A stretch of DNA of 62,741 nucleotides, the filler included, from Rhabdomonas costata (taxonomy: Eukaryota), in the NCBI GenBank assembly GCA_019059605.1. It is 45 parts of 45 records of this genome, joined end to end, with 100 filler letters (N's around TTAATTAATTAA, not from the genome) between each part and the next. Parts side by side here need not be neighbours in the genome. Positions count along the whole stretch, not along the records: positions 25,139 to 26,435 come from JAHMHO010020246.1; positions 26,536 to 27,832 come from JAHMHO010020247.1; positions 27,933 to 29,229 come from JAHMHO010020248.1; positions 29,330 to 30,626 come from JAHMHO010020249.1; positions 30,727 to 32,023 come from JAHMHO010020250.1; positions 32,124 to 33,420 come from JAHMHO010020251.1; positions 33,521 to 34,817 come from JAHMHO010020252.1; positions 34,918 to 36,214 come from JAHMHO010020253.1; 37 more parts are not named here. The stretch is one strand, 5' to 3'. A program made the translations under genes and the position numbers. Below the pieces are notes generated by a model. That model worked only from the letters and a program-made list of their open reading frames with translations, did no database searches and was not told the DNA's origin. Shown here piece after piece: positions 25,185 to 37,600 of this stretch. Numbering within the stretch: position 1 is the stretch's first letter; each line of letters opens with the position of its first letter.

Positions 25185-25911
25185 GCTCAGCATGACACTG
25201 CGCTCTGAGAGCTCTGAGCCCCCGGTGTTCCTGTTTCCGGTGGACCCCACCAGTCCTTCCTCCGTCGTGCTGGTGATGACTGCCAGGCTGGACGTAAGTC
25301 TGCAGATGGGCGGGGAGGACGCCTCCCGGCAGGAGGTCGCGCTGACGGTTACCGATCTTCTGCTGCACCGAAGTGATCTCTGCACCTTCCATGGGAAACG
25401 CTTCCTTGGAGTAGCTATTTTTGGCCCGGCGACGGCGGAACTGCGGCTGAATTCCAATGGCGGGGGCCAGCAAAAGCTCTCCCGCTACATCAGCCTGTCC
25501 ACCACCACTCAACTCTCTGGACGACTTTCCTGCCGAGATTTGGCAGTGATGCTGGACGTGAGCAGGCTCGTCCCGCAGGCGCTGCCCCCCTCGACCCCCC
25601 AAGATGGCCCGAAACCCGCCGCGCCTCAGGGCAGCTCCCACAGCCCATCGCCAACGTCAGACGCTGCGCTGTCCTCCCCGGAAGCCACAGAGCGGTTCAG
25701 TGTGCATTGCTCCGGGGTGGACCTTCTTCTTGTGGACGACAGCCGAGGATTTGACATCAACCTTCTTCGGTTTATCCTGGAGCGGTTTCGCACCACCGTC
25801 GGGGTGGAGCGCCTCCGCGGGGGGAAGCTGGGACCTATCCAGGGTGGGCTCATGATTGCCATCCAGCTGGACTACTACAATGACCAGTACAACGTTTGGG
25901 AACCAGTTTTG
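25185..25911 (+). CDS. VPS13: VPS13-family lipid transfer protein, internal exon
   Basis: GVDLLLVDD...INLLRF...QLDYYNDQYNVWEPVL is the YYN...WEP motif of VPS13; AG/GT bounded. Confidence 0.8.
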
Positions 25912-26834
25912 GTGTACCTCATTTTTCGGCGTGAAGAACGCTTGCGCCACTCCGTTCGCTGAGCACCTGATTGAAGATTTTTAACAATCGTCTGCAGGCG
26001 CATTGCTCTCGAAGTGTAACCTCTGCTAAGAAGATGCATATTTTCCTCTTTGATGGTCTTGTTATTACGGCAGGTGACATTTTCCAGTGAAAGGGTATTT
26101 AAAGAGGTGGGGCTGCTCTGTTTATTGGGTATGGCAACATTGATACGTTTCCAAGGTGACGCTCGAAAGTCTCGCTATCTTCCGGATTTTTTCGGCTTTC
26201 AGGAGAAATGCAGGGTTGAGGCAGGCGTGGAGCGCTTGCCCCGCAAAAAAAATGACCAAAAGCTCCTCGAGAAGAAAGAGTCTTCCACCCCGGTGTGTGC
26301 TGCATGGGTGGGTACGTGGGTGTTTACCATTTGCAAGCGTAGTAATGCTACTTGGTCGAATTAGTACCCAGATTCTGATCTCGGCAAGAGTCAGCGAGAT
26401 GCAGTTCCATGTTGTTTTTGTGCGCAGTTACCCCCNNNNNNNNNNNNNNNNNNNNNNNNNNNNNNNNNNNNNNNNNNNNTTAATTAATTAANNNNNNNNN
26501 NNNNNNNNNNNNNNNNNNNNNNNNNNNNNNNNNNNGGGTTGTGGTATATCCGAGCGAAAAAGGACACACGTCTTTGCCCTTTCGGCCATGCCTAAGCCCA
26601 TGTCATGACCAATTATCCAGGTCAGATAATTAGGATATACTAATGAAGTGATTTGAAATGAAGAACAATTTGAGTCCTTTCGGATGAAAACCGCGGGCCC
26701 CCACGGCAATAGTGACTGATGCCCACATTGGATATGCACACAGGACCGCATGTCGGGAGACATGAACTCCCACAAAATACGGCAAGAAGGGAATATCGGA
26801 GATGTGATCACATGCGTGTGGGATAAATTGTGAC

Positions 26835-27741
26835 CTCTGCGCGAATCCGGGCCATCGCCTCCTTGATCTTCACCAGGGGGGTGGTGTCCGTCATCTTGCT
26901 CTCGCGGGCGCTGATGTCCGCCTTGGCCTTCTCCAGCAGCTCGGAGATGGCGGCGAGCTCTGCGCTGAGCTGCCCGACGGTCTCCGAGCTTGCGGTAGCA
27001 GTGGAGAGGATGCTCAGGTGCTCCTTCTTGTGCGTCTTGAACTGCTCCACCATGCCTTCAAACTGAAAAAGATGATGAGGGAAGTCATACCGATCCTCAT
27101 CATTCCCACGAAGATTTGTATTGCTCGCATAACATAAACAACGCATTACCCGGAGTGTAACTCGAATTGGAATGTAGAACGTCTGTTTCCTTAATGATTC
27201 TGCTCACTCCTCTTCTCAAAAATAGTGCCAACTTCAGCTGGAAAAAAATCACAGCGGCGGTCTAGCTTCAGGATTAACCGCAAACCTGATCCACCGCAAC
27301 CTTGTGATCCAGTTAAAGGGTCTTGCCACCCCACCTGTTGGGCTGGTGGGGTAGCACCAAAAAAGAGAGAAGAGGGGGAAGCTTCTGTTGTCTCTCTCCA
27401 CATGTGTGGTACAAATGCATGTGTGCACATGATCAGGGCGCAGCCCGGGCCTGGGCGGTGAGGCTCTGCTCGCGCTTCTGGATCTTCTCGCTGGCCTTGG
27501 TGATGTCCTCGATGACCCGCTCCAGGGTGGTGCGGACGTCGGGGTACATCTTGTCAATCGTCTTCAGGAGCGATGTGATCCAGTCCAAGTGGGACCGCCA
27601 GTCCTTGAGGTCGGGGCGCCGGCTGAGCTTCAGCATGGGGGTGACCCGCTCCAGCTCCATCCTCCACTCGTCCGGGTGCACGAAGGTGTCTACGACGCTT
27701 TGCGAACGATCTCCGGCGCCCGCGCTGCCACCACCCTCGAC
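26835..27741 (-). CDS. IFT57: Intraflagellar transport protein 57, two exons (27741-27451, 27062-26835)
   Basis: EWRMELERVTPMLK...KDWRSHL...EKIQKRE and MTDTTPLVKIKEAM are IFT57/HIPPI motifs. Confidence 0.9.
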
Positions 27742-30700
27742 CTAAATGCCAGTCCCTCTCCCTCACCCTCACCCTACTTCAGCATCCCAGAGTGACCTTC
27801 ATAAGTCTGACGTTTGGCAACGCAAACAAACANNNNNNNNNNNNNNNNNNNNNNNNNNNNNNNNNNNNNNNNNNNNTTAATTAATTAANNNNNNNNNNNN
27901 NNNNNNNNNNNNNNNNNNNNNNNNNNNNNNNNGTGTTTTTGTCTTTTTCTCTTGTGTTTTGCCTCTTGCAGACGATGCCCAGCAAAAAAAGGTGGCACCT
28001 CTTTTTGCTGGGCATCGTCTGCAAGAGGCAAAACACAAGAGAAAAAGAGAAAAATATCTCACATTAATTGAGAAGCAAAGGTCTAACACTCGCAGGAAAA
28101 AAGAAAATGACTGTCAAAGAGAGGTACAAAGTTTCACAAGCTTGTTGTATCCAGAAAGCATCACGTTACCTTTTCTTGAAACTTTAAAGGAAGATATTCC
28201 GTTAAGCCCCCCTCCCCCGGTGGCATTTGATTTGGGGGAAGGTGAACATGAGATTATGTCATGTTGCAGTGCATGCGGCTCGGGGAGGAGCTGGTGATCT
28301 CCTCTAAGCGGCTGTGGAGGCGCCTCTCCAGTGGCTCAGGGGGGGTGGCCCGGTCGCTGCTGCGCGGTATTGGGACGGGTCCTGGGCAGTCCGCTCCGGG
28401 TTCCATGCCAGCTGAACGCTGAATACTACCAGCAGCCTTGCGCTGAAGCCCGTACGTGGGTAGGTTTGTAGAGCTTCCCCTCCTGGTTGCTGCTCATGCT
28501 ACCGCCTCGCGACAGCCCATTGCCATTTGTTTTTTCCATCTGTACACTTCGAGTCCCCCAGCTTGCGGGCTCCCCTTCTTCCTTCTCGTTCGCTCTAAGT
28601 TTGTTCATTCTGTGTGGACCCCCACTGTCGAGACAAAATCTGAAGAAAAAAAATCAGAAAATCAATGCAGACCGGCCAGGGGTGAAACGACCAGTGGGTC
28701 CCTCTCTGCAAAGGCTGTCTGACTTCCGCAGCAGCCGCAATCATTGAACAGCGGAAGCGTGATTTAGATTTTACAAGCAAACCCCCAAGAAAAAATATGT
28801 CATGTTACCTTGATATATATTGTTATGTCACCTTGTTGTCACTATGTCAACGTCCAGATCACCACCACTACAACCTCCTGATGCTATGAAGAATCCTGTC
28901 GAGAACAGCTCAGCCGTTTCCTCCTGTAGTTGTGATAGTCATGACCATCTAATGCCACCGATCATTTTGTTGAAGGGCCCATTTTAGAGCAATTCCATTT
29001 TTATTGAGGGACACAATGAATTTTTCCATGGCGGTGGTGCGAAATTCGGGGTCCAGCAACCACTGGACCACCACTGACACCTTACGCTTACGGAACGCTC
29101 GCACCCCCCTCATCCCGATCGTTTTGTGTCCATCAACGGACGCCCAAGGCAAGTTTTGGGACACCGCACAACCTCCGCCTATCCCTGCCGCATCTGCCAC
29201 TGCCTCCACTGGAACTTCGTCCAGTGGAGNNNNNNNNNNNNNNNNNNNNNNNNNNNNNNNNNNNNNNNNNNNNTTAATTAATTAANNNNNNNNNNNNNNN
29301 NNNNNNNNNNNNNNNNNNNNNNNNNNNNNGGGGTGTGGGGTCCTGACCCCAGCCTGATGCCTGATGCCTTCCTTTTCCCCTCAGCGCCTTTGGAGTTACA
29401 GAGAATTACGTGTACTTTTGCATCTATCGGACACGCGAGATCATGGGAAAGCGAACGTCAGGTCTTGGTCAGGGCAAGGGTTGCTCCAGTTTCTGCCTGA
29501 CTTTGGTGTTTGGGTTTGGAGCCCTGTAGGTGTTCGATGAGCCTACCAGAACCATCCAGACAACATACGTGTTGTTTGAGATGGATTTTTTGTCTTTCGG
29601 TCCTGATATCAGGGAGTTCCCTTCGCCCCCTGGGTCGTCTCATTCCAGTTGCTTCTGTTTTCGGGCGTTGCTCTTGCTCTAACCTGTCATACTCTGACTT
29701 TGTTCACCCCTGCCTTTCCATCATACAGATGCTTCACATGCTTGCACATTCTCAGCTTAGCAATGGGGTTCATTTGGTGGCCGGATGTTTTTATCCGGCG
29801 GGGGGGGGCTTCACGTTTTGATTCCGGTCACGGTTATAGGATCTCACGACCCCTTCGCCGGAAAGTGGGGCGCGCCTCCCTACGGCTGCGTACCACGTTT
29901 GCCCGCCACCAGCCGCTTTGGATACGATGAGGAGGGAGTTTGAGTGACTCTGGGTGAGGGGCTCAGCTCTGCCCATTGTCCTTTGTCGGTCGTCTCTTGT
30001 GTGTTAGCGTCTGTGGAGTGAATCCTGTTTCCTGCCCTTTCCCTTTCTTCAGTTCTGTGTCTGCGTGCGTGTGCCTCACCTTCGCCGTTCTCTGTCGTTG
30101 ACACTGGAATCCCCAAAACCTTGCCAGTTGTAGACGTGTTCAAGGGATGGTGCAGCTTGCTATTCATACACACACATACACGCTCGCAGTATGAAAGCTC
30201 AGCTGAAGAGGACCCCCGCGTGCGTGTGGTATCTGGCTTTGCACCACCTTTGGCCGGCACATAGCAATCTGGTGGTCCAGCAGTGCTGCAATTGGAGCCT
30301 TCTCTTGGTAGTCTGCGGTCACGAATCTCCCGTGGAACTCTGTTCTTTTTTCTGATCGATGATGTTCCCACAGCGCAAATTTCGGCTGAAGGCGGTAACG
30401 ATGCCGAAAGAGAATCCGGGCGCACGAGACGACCTGAATAATGCGGGCGAATTGTGAACGCCAGATTCATGTGTACAACGTGGAACTTTGAATATATGGA
30501 TTTGTGGTCACTGCAACCACCAACCGTAGTACCCATTACTGCGGTACAATCCTTGATGCTTGACGCCGAAACGGCTGGCGGTTGATTGCAGTGGATTGCA
30601 ATTAAGTTTAGACTTTCCCCCCCAACNNNNNNNNNNNNNNNNNNNNNNNNNNNNNNNNNNNNNNNNNNNNTTAATTAATTAANNNNNNNNNNNNNNNNNN

Positions 30701-30813
30701 NNNNNNNNNNNNNNNNNNNNNNNNNNTGGTGGGAAGGAGGGGGCAATGGTGCAACGGCTGGTTCGCGCTTTTCTAATCGGGCCATTCGAGGTTCTACCTC
30801 TGCGGGTGCTCAG

Positions 30814-31035
30814 GACTCCAAGGGCCGCACGGTGGTCTACCGCGCCACCGAGGCTGGCAAGTTTGAGATCCTGCCCCTTGTTCTGGACAAGGACCCTGCG
30901 TTGCCGCTGGACCTCAGCGTGGTCAGCGACAGCTCCTGCGGTTCCCAAACCGTGCTCCACCTCGCGGTGGAGAAAGACGCCCCATTTGCGGTTGTAGAGA
31001 AACTGGTGTCCTTGGGAGCCCCCGTATCATTGAAG
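30814..31035 (+). CDS. Ankyrin-repeat exon (two repeats)
   Basis: DSKGRTVVYRATEAGKFEIL and SQTVLHLAVEK...VVEKLVSLGA; cag| to |gtacga. Confidence 0.8.
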
Positions 31036-32124
31036 GTACGATCTGCCTGCCCTGCGGGCTCGCCGCTGAGTGTCCACCTGCCACAGACACACGAAACAGA
31101 TGCCACAGACCGATGGAACTGCGCGGCCAGAAGGAGCAGAAGGGGGAGGGGGCTGTCACTTGTGTTTTTGTTGAGGGAGGCTGTCACCTGTGCTTTTGTT
31201 GAGGGAGGCTGCCTATACGTGCACCGCTGTGAGAGGGAGTTGGGTGGCTTATGGGTTGATTATTATGAGTTGGGTGGCTGGTACCGAAGGCACGGGTCAA
31301 CGAAAACGCGGAGACCCTGGGTGGGGCAAAGAAGCGTAGCCTGGGGCGCCAGCAGGTCAGGGCACCCAAGAACGCGACAGTTGCGAAGACGAATGCGGAG
31401 TTCCAGGTCACGGTACGAGGGAAAGCCGCTTGAAAAGCCAAGCATCGCCAAAACGTGCCGCCGAGGATGGCAGCGCCTGCATCTCCTGAGAGAACATGTC
31501 TGTAGCCGCTGCTGGGTCTGTGGGCCAAGTGAGAGCGGCTGACAGGCAGTCCGTGAATCATGCCCAGGGATGCTCCAGGAAAAGGTTGATTCAAAGTGGA
31601 AATGCAACAACATCCGATGCCAGGAGTGTAAATCAGGCCTGTGGGCAATAGTAGGGAAAAAGAACTAAAGGAGGCCATGCTGCCGGAGGAAGGCCCGTGA
31701 GGGTATGTTACATCGAATGGCAGTCTCGTATCGAGGCCTTGCAAGCAAGCACCTGTTGTGCACAAGGACTGGTCGCAAGTCCATACCCCTCTCAGGGAAG
31801 GCAGCAAGATTAGACAGCACATTGGTGGCGATCACAAACAAGAAGTGCGGGACCACGAAAATAGGGAGCGTCCTTTGAGGGTCGTGTTTAAAGCTGGTGA
31901 CCGTTGGTGCACAAAGGGAGCAGGAGCAGGGATCTGTGTCTTGCAGAGGCGGTTGTGACCGGATAAATTACAGGGTGGACTATGGAGATCCCACCCTACG
32001 CTTACAAGCGGCAACGCACAACANNNNNNNNNNNNNNNNNNNNNNNNNNNNNNNNNNNNNNNNNNNNTTAATTAATTAANNNNNNNNNNNNNNNNNNNNN
32101 NNNNNNNNNNNNNNNNNNNNNNNG

Positions 32125-33420
32125 GTGGTTTTGGAGATGGTGTGGCCCGAGGACATCCTGGAGCAAGAGAGTGGCGAAGTGGTGCTGTCCAAAGATATCA
32201 AGGACAACAGCGGATTTCCAGCACCGTTGTTCCGGGGCCTTCGGGTGCGGATTGGAATCCACACCGGCTGTCCTGAGCTGGAATACAATCCTCGTACCAA
32301 TGGGGTGGACTACTTTGGACCAATGGTGCGATTGACAAGAGTTGGAAATTTAAACAACGCTTTACCGTGTTCTTTTGGTCATTTTAGTTTGTTGAGTTTG
32401 GTTGGGATAGCTCTAGGTTGGTTCTGTCATGCGCATAGATCTCATGAATTTGAGGCCTCGTCACGCCAGAGCGAAAGTAAAAACGCCCATGTGCATTTGG
32501 AAGCTCATATGCGTTATAGCCTTTACAAGTTAATATTACAGGCAACTCAGAGCTTGTAGGGCTGGGAGACAGGTTTTGAATTTGGGGGACATCTATCGTT
32601 TACGATGTTCTGCTGTTTAGGTAGGAGGGCGGGAGGCACAGCTCCGATATCGCAGGTGTGAATAGATGTCATACTGGTTTAATTTACGCAGTTTTGACCA
32701 AAGTGGTTTCCTGAGGCTAAGACAAAGACCGTGACACTGTAGTTCCAGACATTAGAAAAGGGTCGTATTCGCACCTACACAGCAACCATCTCCCTTTGTA
32801 CAATGCTTTTATCATTATTCAGGTGAACTGTGCCGCCCGGATTGAGTCTTTGGGTGCGGGTGGGCAAGTCCTGATCTCTATCGAGACTCAGTCTCGGCTC
32901 TCCCGCCTGGACGAGATGTCGGTGAAGTACCTGGGGCGGTTTCCGCTGAAGGGCATGGTGAACGAGCAGGAGGTGGTGCAGGTCAGCACCCTCCGGCTGG
33001 CAGAGCGGGACTTCCCCGAAATCGATCGCGCCAAGCTGATGGCACAGCAGCAGAAGCCCAGCGAGGGTGGAGCGGGGTCGCCGCAGCTGTGCGAGGTCTG
33101 CCAGCGCCCCGTGCACTGCGAGCACTGCCGAAAAGCCCACAGGGCAGCTGCGGCTGCGGGCCGCAAGGGTTCCCGAACGTCCTCTGTGGCTCAGAGCGTG
33201 TTTAGTGCTGTCGCCAGCGCCATTCGCGGACAGTCCCCCAGGGGGGCCTTCTCTGCTCGTCATGGTCATCTCGGGGACGCCTCTGCCCGCCACAGCAACC
33301 TCGGGAACGCCTCTGCCCGCCACAGCAATCTTGGGGACGCTTCTGCCCGCCACAGCCAGCGCGCACCTTCACCCAGCTGCTCTGCTCGCAACGGGGTCAC
33401 CGTTCTTTCCACCACACACC
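32125..33420 (+). CDS. Class III adenylate cyclase, two exons (to 32325; from 32823)
   Basis: FRGLRVRIGIHTG...DYFGPM|VNCAARIESLGAGGQVLIS...LGRFPLKG; WPEDIL is typical of euglenozoan/fungal-type cyclases. Confidence 0.92.
33252..33356 (+). repeat. 30-nt coding tandem repeat, about 3.5 copies
   Basis: SARHGHLGDA SARHSNLGNA SARHSNLGDA SARHS. Confidence 0.85.
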
Positions 33421-33599
33421 NNNNNNNNNNNNNNNNNNNNNNNNNNNNNNNNNNNNNNNNNNNNTTAATTAATTAANNNNNNNNNNNNNNNNNNNNNNNN
33501 NNNNNNNNNNNNNNNNNNNNTGTTGTTGTGTTGACGGGCCCTGGCCTCCCACCTGAATGCAAAAGCGAAGAGGGTGGGGGATTCTCAGCCTCTGATGCC

Positions 33600-34260
33600 G
33601 TGCCCAGTGCCAAGAAGCGCCGGATTTCCGTGTGATGTGTGATGACGTTGATGGCGCAGGTCCTGTCATTGAAATACTCTGTGTATGCGATAGGATTGGG
33701 TTTTGCGCCCGTCTTCGAAGTATGGGGGTGGTGCTGCATTCGTTCACAGGCGTTGGGTGTGGTTTGCATTGTACCTCACCAGACTGAAGATTTCGGGTCG
33801 TGCTCTCTGGTTTTCAGAAAGTGGGGGATGAGTTGTGAATTTTGCTGCTGCTTTTGTGATCACGGCAAGGCCCCGATCACTCCGATTACTAGGAGACATT
33901 TCTGCAGACGTCAACGTTGAGGATCGTTTTGGCCACCCGCGGGAAATGTCAAAGAATGAATGCTCCCAAGTTATGGAGTGTACCCAATTGAAACGGAGAC
34001 CTCCCCGCTCTTGCATTCTACGTGCTTTTTACAGTATGAGCAGGTTTTCAAGTGCAGGTTGAGCCCAAAATTAAAACCTATGTGTGTGCCCCCTCCCCCG
34101 ACCCCGAGAGAAGGTGGAGGTCGGTGAAGGTATGTTTCCCGCTGAACATCCATGTAATGGTCAAAGACTGTCGCCCATTACTTGTCGTTGTTTTCCTTTG
34201 ATGGGTTTTTGTTTTCCTCAGGCCCTCAGAACTGGGTTCCCACGTCGCTCGGATTACTTT
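33600..34260 (-). mobile_element. Decayed Ty3/gypsy pol remnant (RT C-terminus to RNase H)
   Basis: In order: FGLNLHLKTCSYCKKHVE (cf. GLKLNxEKCxF), TLTSAEM...AVITKAA (cf. LTSAPVL...TDAS), INVITHH (cf. VITDH). Confidence 0.45.
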
Positions 34261-35261
34261 GGGCCCATCTCTTTTTTTTTTTGACAAATGTCCTCCTCAT
34301 CCGAAACCGAGAAGGAGGAGGCACCCCCCGCGACATTTACAGAGAAATGTGGTATTTGGGACTCCCTTCAGGTGCGACTTTCTCCATTGGGCGCAGAGTG
34401 GGGGTGGGTGTCGTGCCACAGGGACATTGCGATGCTGGGACCAGGCGGAGAGGCCTTAATCCAACCTCTTCAACCCTCGGAAAGGACGAACGTGGACCTG
34501 CACCGGCAAAGACACGCGGTGCGGGACGAAACCAGTGAAACAAAAACATAAAGCAGTCGCGTCCGAGTAGCACTGAGTAGCCACTGAGTAGCGGTGAAAC
34601 CAAATTAAATGCAAACTGTAGACCATGCGTGAAATCACGCGGTGTTCATTCATTTGGCTGCCTGTGCACTTCTAGTCAGGAGGGCTAATGCGTGCTCGTC
34701 AAGTGTATGTTCTGACAACTGGTTTTCAGTGGGTTTTTGCAAAGTCCGACGAAAATTGAATTCATTTGTTCCGGAAGGATCGCTCTCGGGAGGCCATTTG
34801 CAAAAACCCACCACAACNNNNNNNNNNNNNNNNNNNNNNNNNNNNNNNNNNNNNNNNNNNNTTAATTAATTAANNNNNNNNNNNNNNNNNNNNNNNNNNN
34901 NNNNNNNNNNNNNNNNNTTTTGTTGGTATACAAAAGGCGACGGAAGCCCAAGCCTCTTGCAATCTGTAGCCCACCATATCCCCCCAGGGGACAGCTCCAC
35001 AAGCGGCTACTGTTGCCGCAGCCGCCCCAGACATCGGCAGAGTACACTGTCGCTGCAGTGATTGTATTTGTAATGAAAGTTGCCGCTTTGAGGCACTCAG
35101 AGAGTCAGGTTCAGCGGAGGTGGCAGTGCCACAGAAAATACCCAGTTTCTAGTTCCCTGTCGCAATTTGCTTGGCAACTTCCTGCACTCAGCCACGCCCA
35201 TCTGCCTGCCATTCAGGTGGATGATTGCGTCGATGTGGTTTCCTTGTCGTGTGTGGCGCAG

Positions 35262-36214
35262 GATGCCTCGGGTCGCACCCCACTGCACTGCGCAGCACGG
35301 AGCGGCAGCCCGCAGGCTGTAACAGCCCTTCTGAGGGCTGGCGCCGACGTCGCCGTGCAGGTGCCGCCCCGGTCCCTATTTATGTGTTTATTATCCATGT
35401 GTTACCTTGTTTTGCTGTTGGAATACGCGATTCCCTAACGTCTAACAATGTGCCTGTATTTTAGACAGAGCCCTCATTTTGCTGAATGTATAAGATAGAG
35501 TTTTTGTCTCTGCGATGCTGGGAAAAGAAGTACGGCCACACCACAGCGTCGTACCGCCTTTCAGAGGTTTCTGTGAGAAACAATGGAATTGGGTCTGGGG
35601 ACTGATCCTCAAAGTAAGGCGTTTTGAATCCCCAGCTGAGTGGGCCCCAGAAGTATACAATACATCGTCTTCCACCCACATGCTAATAAGAGCCTCAGCT
35701 GTTTTCACTGTGTCGCGCAACTTTGCACGGAAGGCCATAGTTAGTTCCACTCCCACAGTTGTCTCAATGCAAAAGCCAACCAAAAGACACTCTTCCGTCA
35801 AGCCCGCTCTGCCTCTCACACCTTATGGGTTCGCTCTCTCGTTTATGGTAGCCTCTCTCTCGTTGCGTTGCCGCAGAATGACACGGCCCCAAGTGCCGGG
35901 TCACCTCCAAACAACCAATCGAAAATGCTTTCCTCTCTCCCCCTCTCCTTTGGCATTCGGCAGCATGCACTAGCAGCACTGCCACAGAAGGGAAGGGAGC
36001 GAAGTGCTTCAGGGCACTCCCATAGCTTGTCTTGCTATGTCCATATGCCCTCTGCTGGGCTTCCACGGTGAAATCTCTTTGGTGCTCTTCCCATGCGACT
36101 TTCCTGTGTGGTGGTGCCCTTCGTACTGAGTTCCGGTTATCCCTTTCCTTTGTCTGTTCCCAGGATGCTTCCGGGCTGGTGCCCTTGGCCGTGGCCTTGG
36201 CCGCCCACCAACAA
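35262..36214 (+). CDS. Ankyrin-repeat protein, exons 35262-35360 and 36164-end
   Basis: DASGRTPLHCAARSGSPQAVTALLRAGADVAVQ is a 99-nt exon equal to one 33-aa repeat; the next exon starts DASGLVPL. Confidence 0.88.
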
Positions 36215-36973
36215 NNNNNNNNNNNNNNNNNNNNNNNNNNNNNNNNNNNNNNNNNNNNTTAATTAATTAANNNNNNNNNNNNNNNNNNNNNNNNNNNNNN
36301 NNNNNNNNNNNNNNGTTTGTGGGGTGGAACGACACTGCGGGTGTGTTCGCTAGGAACCCTTCCTCCATGGGTTGGGACGCCCTGCACTGGCATGCCTGGG
36401 ATGGCGTTCTGGTCTTGTGCTTTTCTCTTTCGGGTATTTCCCTTCCCTGTGCTTTCCTCATCTGCTGCCATTTTTTATAGGTTTTGTCACAGCCTCCTGT
36501 GGGGGGTCGTTCCACAAGGTGCTCTCGATCACAGGCTTCAACATTGCCACTTTTATCATTGCCGATCCCACCACGGAGGGTAAGAGGAGTTCCAGTGACG
36601 GAGAAGCAAAAAATCTTGAATTGACCCTTTTTTACTGTGCGATAGGGCATTTAAAAATCGAGCTTTGACACATGTTTTTCAAAAAAAAAAAGAAGAAAGA
36701 AGTGGAGATAGCCCTGGCTTAGCTGACGGAACTAAAGAAGCGACTGAAATAAAATCTTAAAACAACTCCGGCGCCAACCCGGCCAGATCAAGATCCAACA
36801 CATACATGCCGCAATACCTCGTCAAACAATTTCGTAAGTAGCACAAAGTCAGCAAGGGCACAGAGAAAATCGCATGTGAAACTCAAACTTACACAAGAAC
36901 GCACAAGGAATGTACAGCGCGAAAACGCAAAGCACAGACCAGCTGAGGACTCAATCATTGAGCAAACTCAGTT

Positions 36974-37600
36974 TTACAAGGGAACCACAAGCGGGTTGTT
37001 CGGAGACACCACACTGGAATGTGGTTGAACGAGCCCACCATACACAATCAAACTGGTTGAGGGTCCAGGGCTAGCGGCAACTGGAGAAAACGGGGCCTCC
37101 GGGCTGAGGTACACCAGTGTCACCTTGTCTGGATTCCGTGGGAAGTTCCTCTCCACCTCACGAATCAGGTACCGAGACATCGGTGGAAAAAGAACCTCGT
37201 CCTCCTCGGGGAAGTAGCTCAGCGGAGAGACATAGGCAACAACCGCATTCTCGATCACAAAATGAGTTGCGAAGTTGGGTGTGGGGAAGCCGCGGATGAC
37301 CTGCCCATTGTCCGTGTGGGTCAAAAGAATTTCCTTGGCCGTTGGTAAGGGATCTTCCACCGACGCAACCAGTCCATCGAACTCAGCCACACCAGAAATC
37401 TCATAATCATACATCGTGCTTTCGATGTGGCCTTTCCGGCCACCGCTGCTAGAAGTGGCTGCAGCAAAGAACTCATCCAAGGCTATGCCCGGAAGAAGAC
37501 CTTCCAGAAGGAGGTAACCCTTGTCTTCCAGTTCCTCCCCAACCCACCGGGGCTTTGCAAAGTTCTGGTTGGCGGCCATAGCTAGGGACTGGCTACACCC
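36974..37600 (-). CDS. ADP-ribosyltransferase-like domain (ARTC / R-S-E clade), 5' truncated
   Basis: HFVIE...YVSPLSYFPEEDEVLFPPMSRYLIREV matches the ARTC motif S.FP.ExEVL.PP; ATSSS sits at the STS position. Confidence 0.75.
   Translation of the reverse strand, partial: GCSQSLAMAANQNFAKPRWVGEELEDKGYLLLEGLLPGIALDEFFAAATSSSGGRKGHIESTMYDYEISGVAEFDGLVASVEDPLPTAKEILLTHTDNGQVIRGFPTPNFATHFVIENAVVAYVSPLSYFPEEDEVLFPPMSRYLIREVERNFPRNPDKVTLVYLSPEAPFSPVAASPGPSTSLIVYGGLVQPHSSVVSPNNPLVVPL

Noticed and set aside
5353-37600. NADAR plus ART as a linked DarT-NADAR-like toxin-antitoxin system
   Set aside because: They are on different unlinked contigs, and the ART looks ARTC/ExE-type, not DarT-like.
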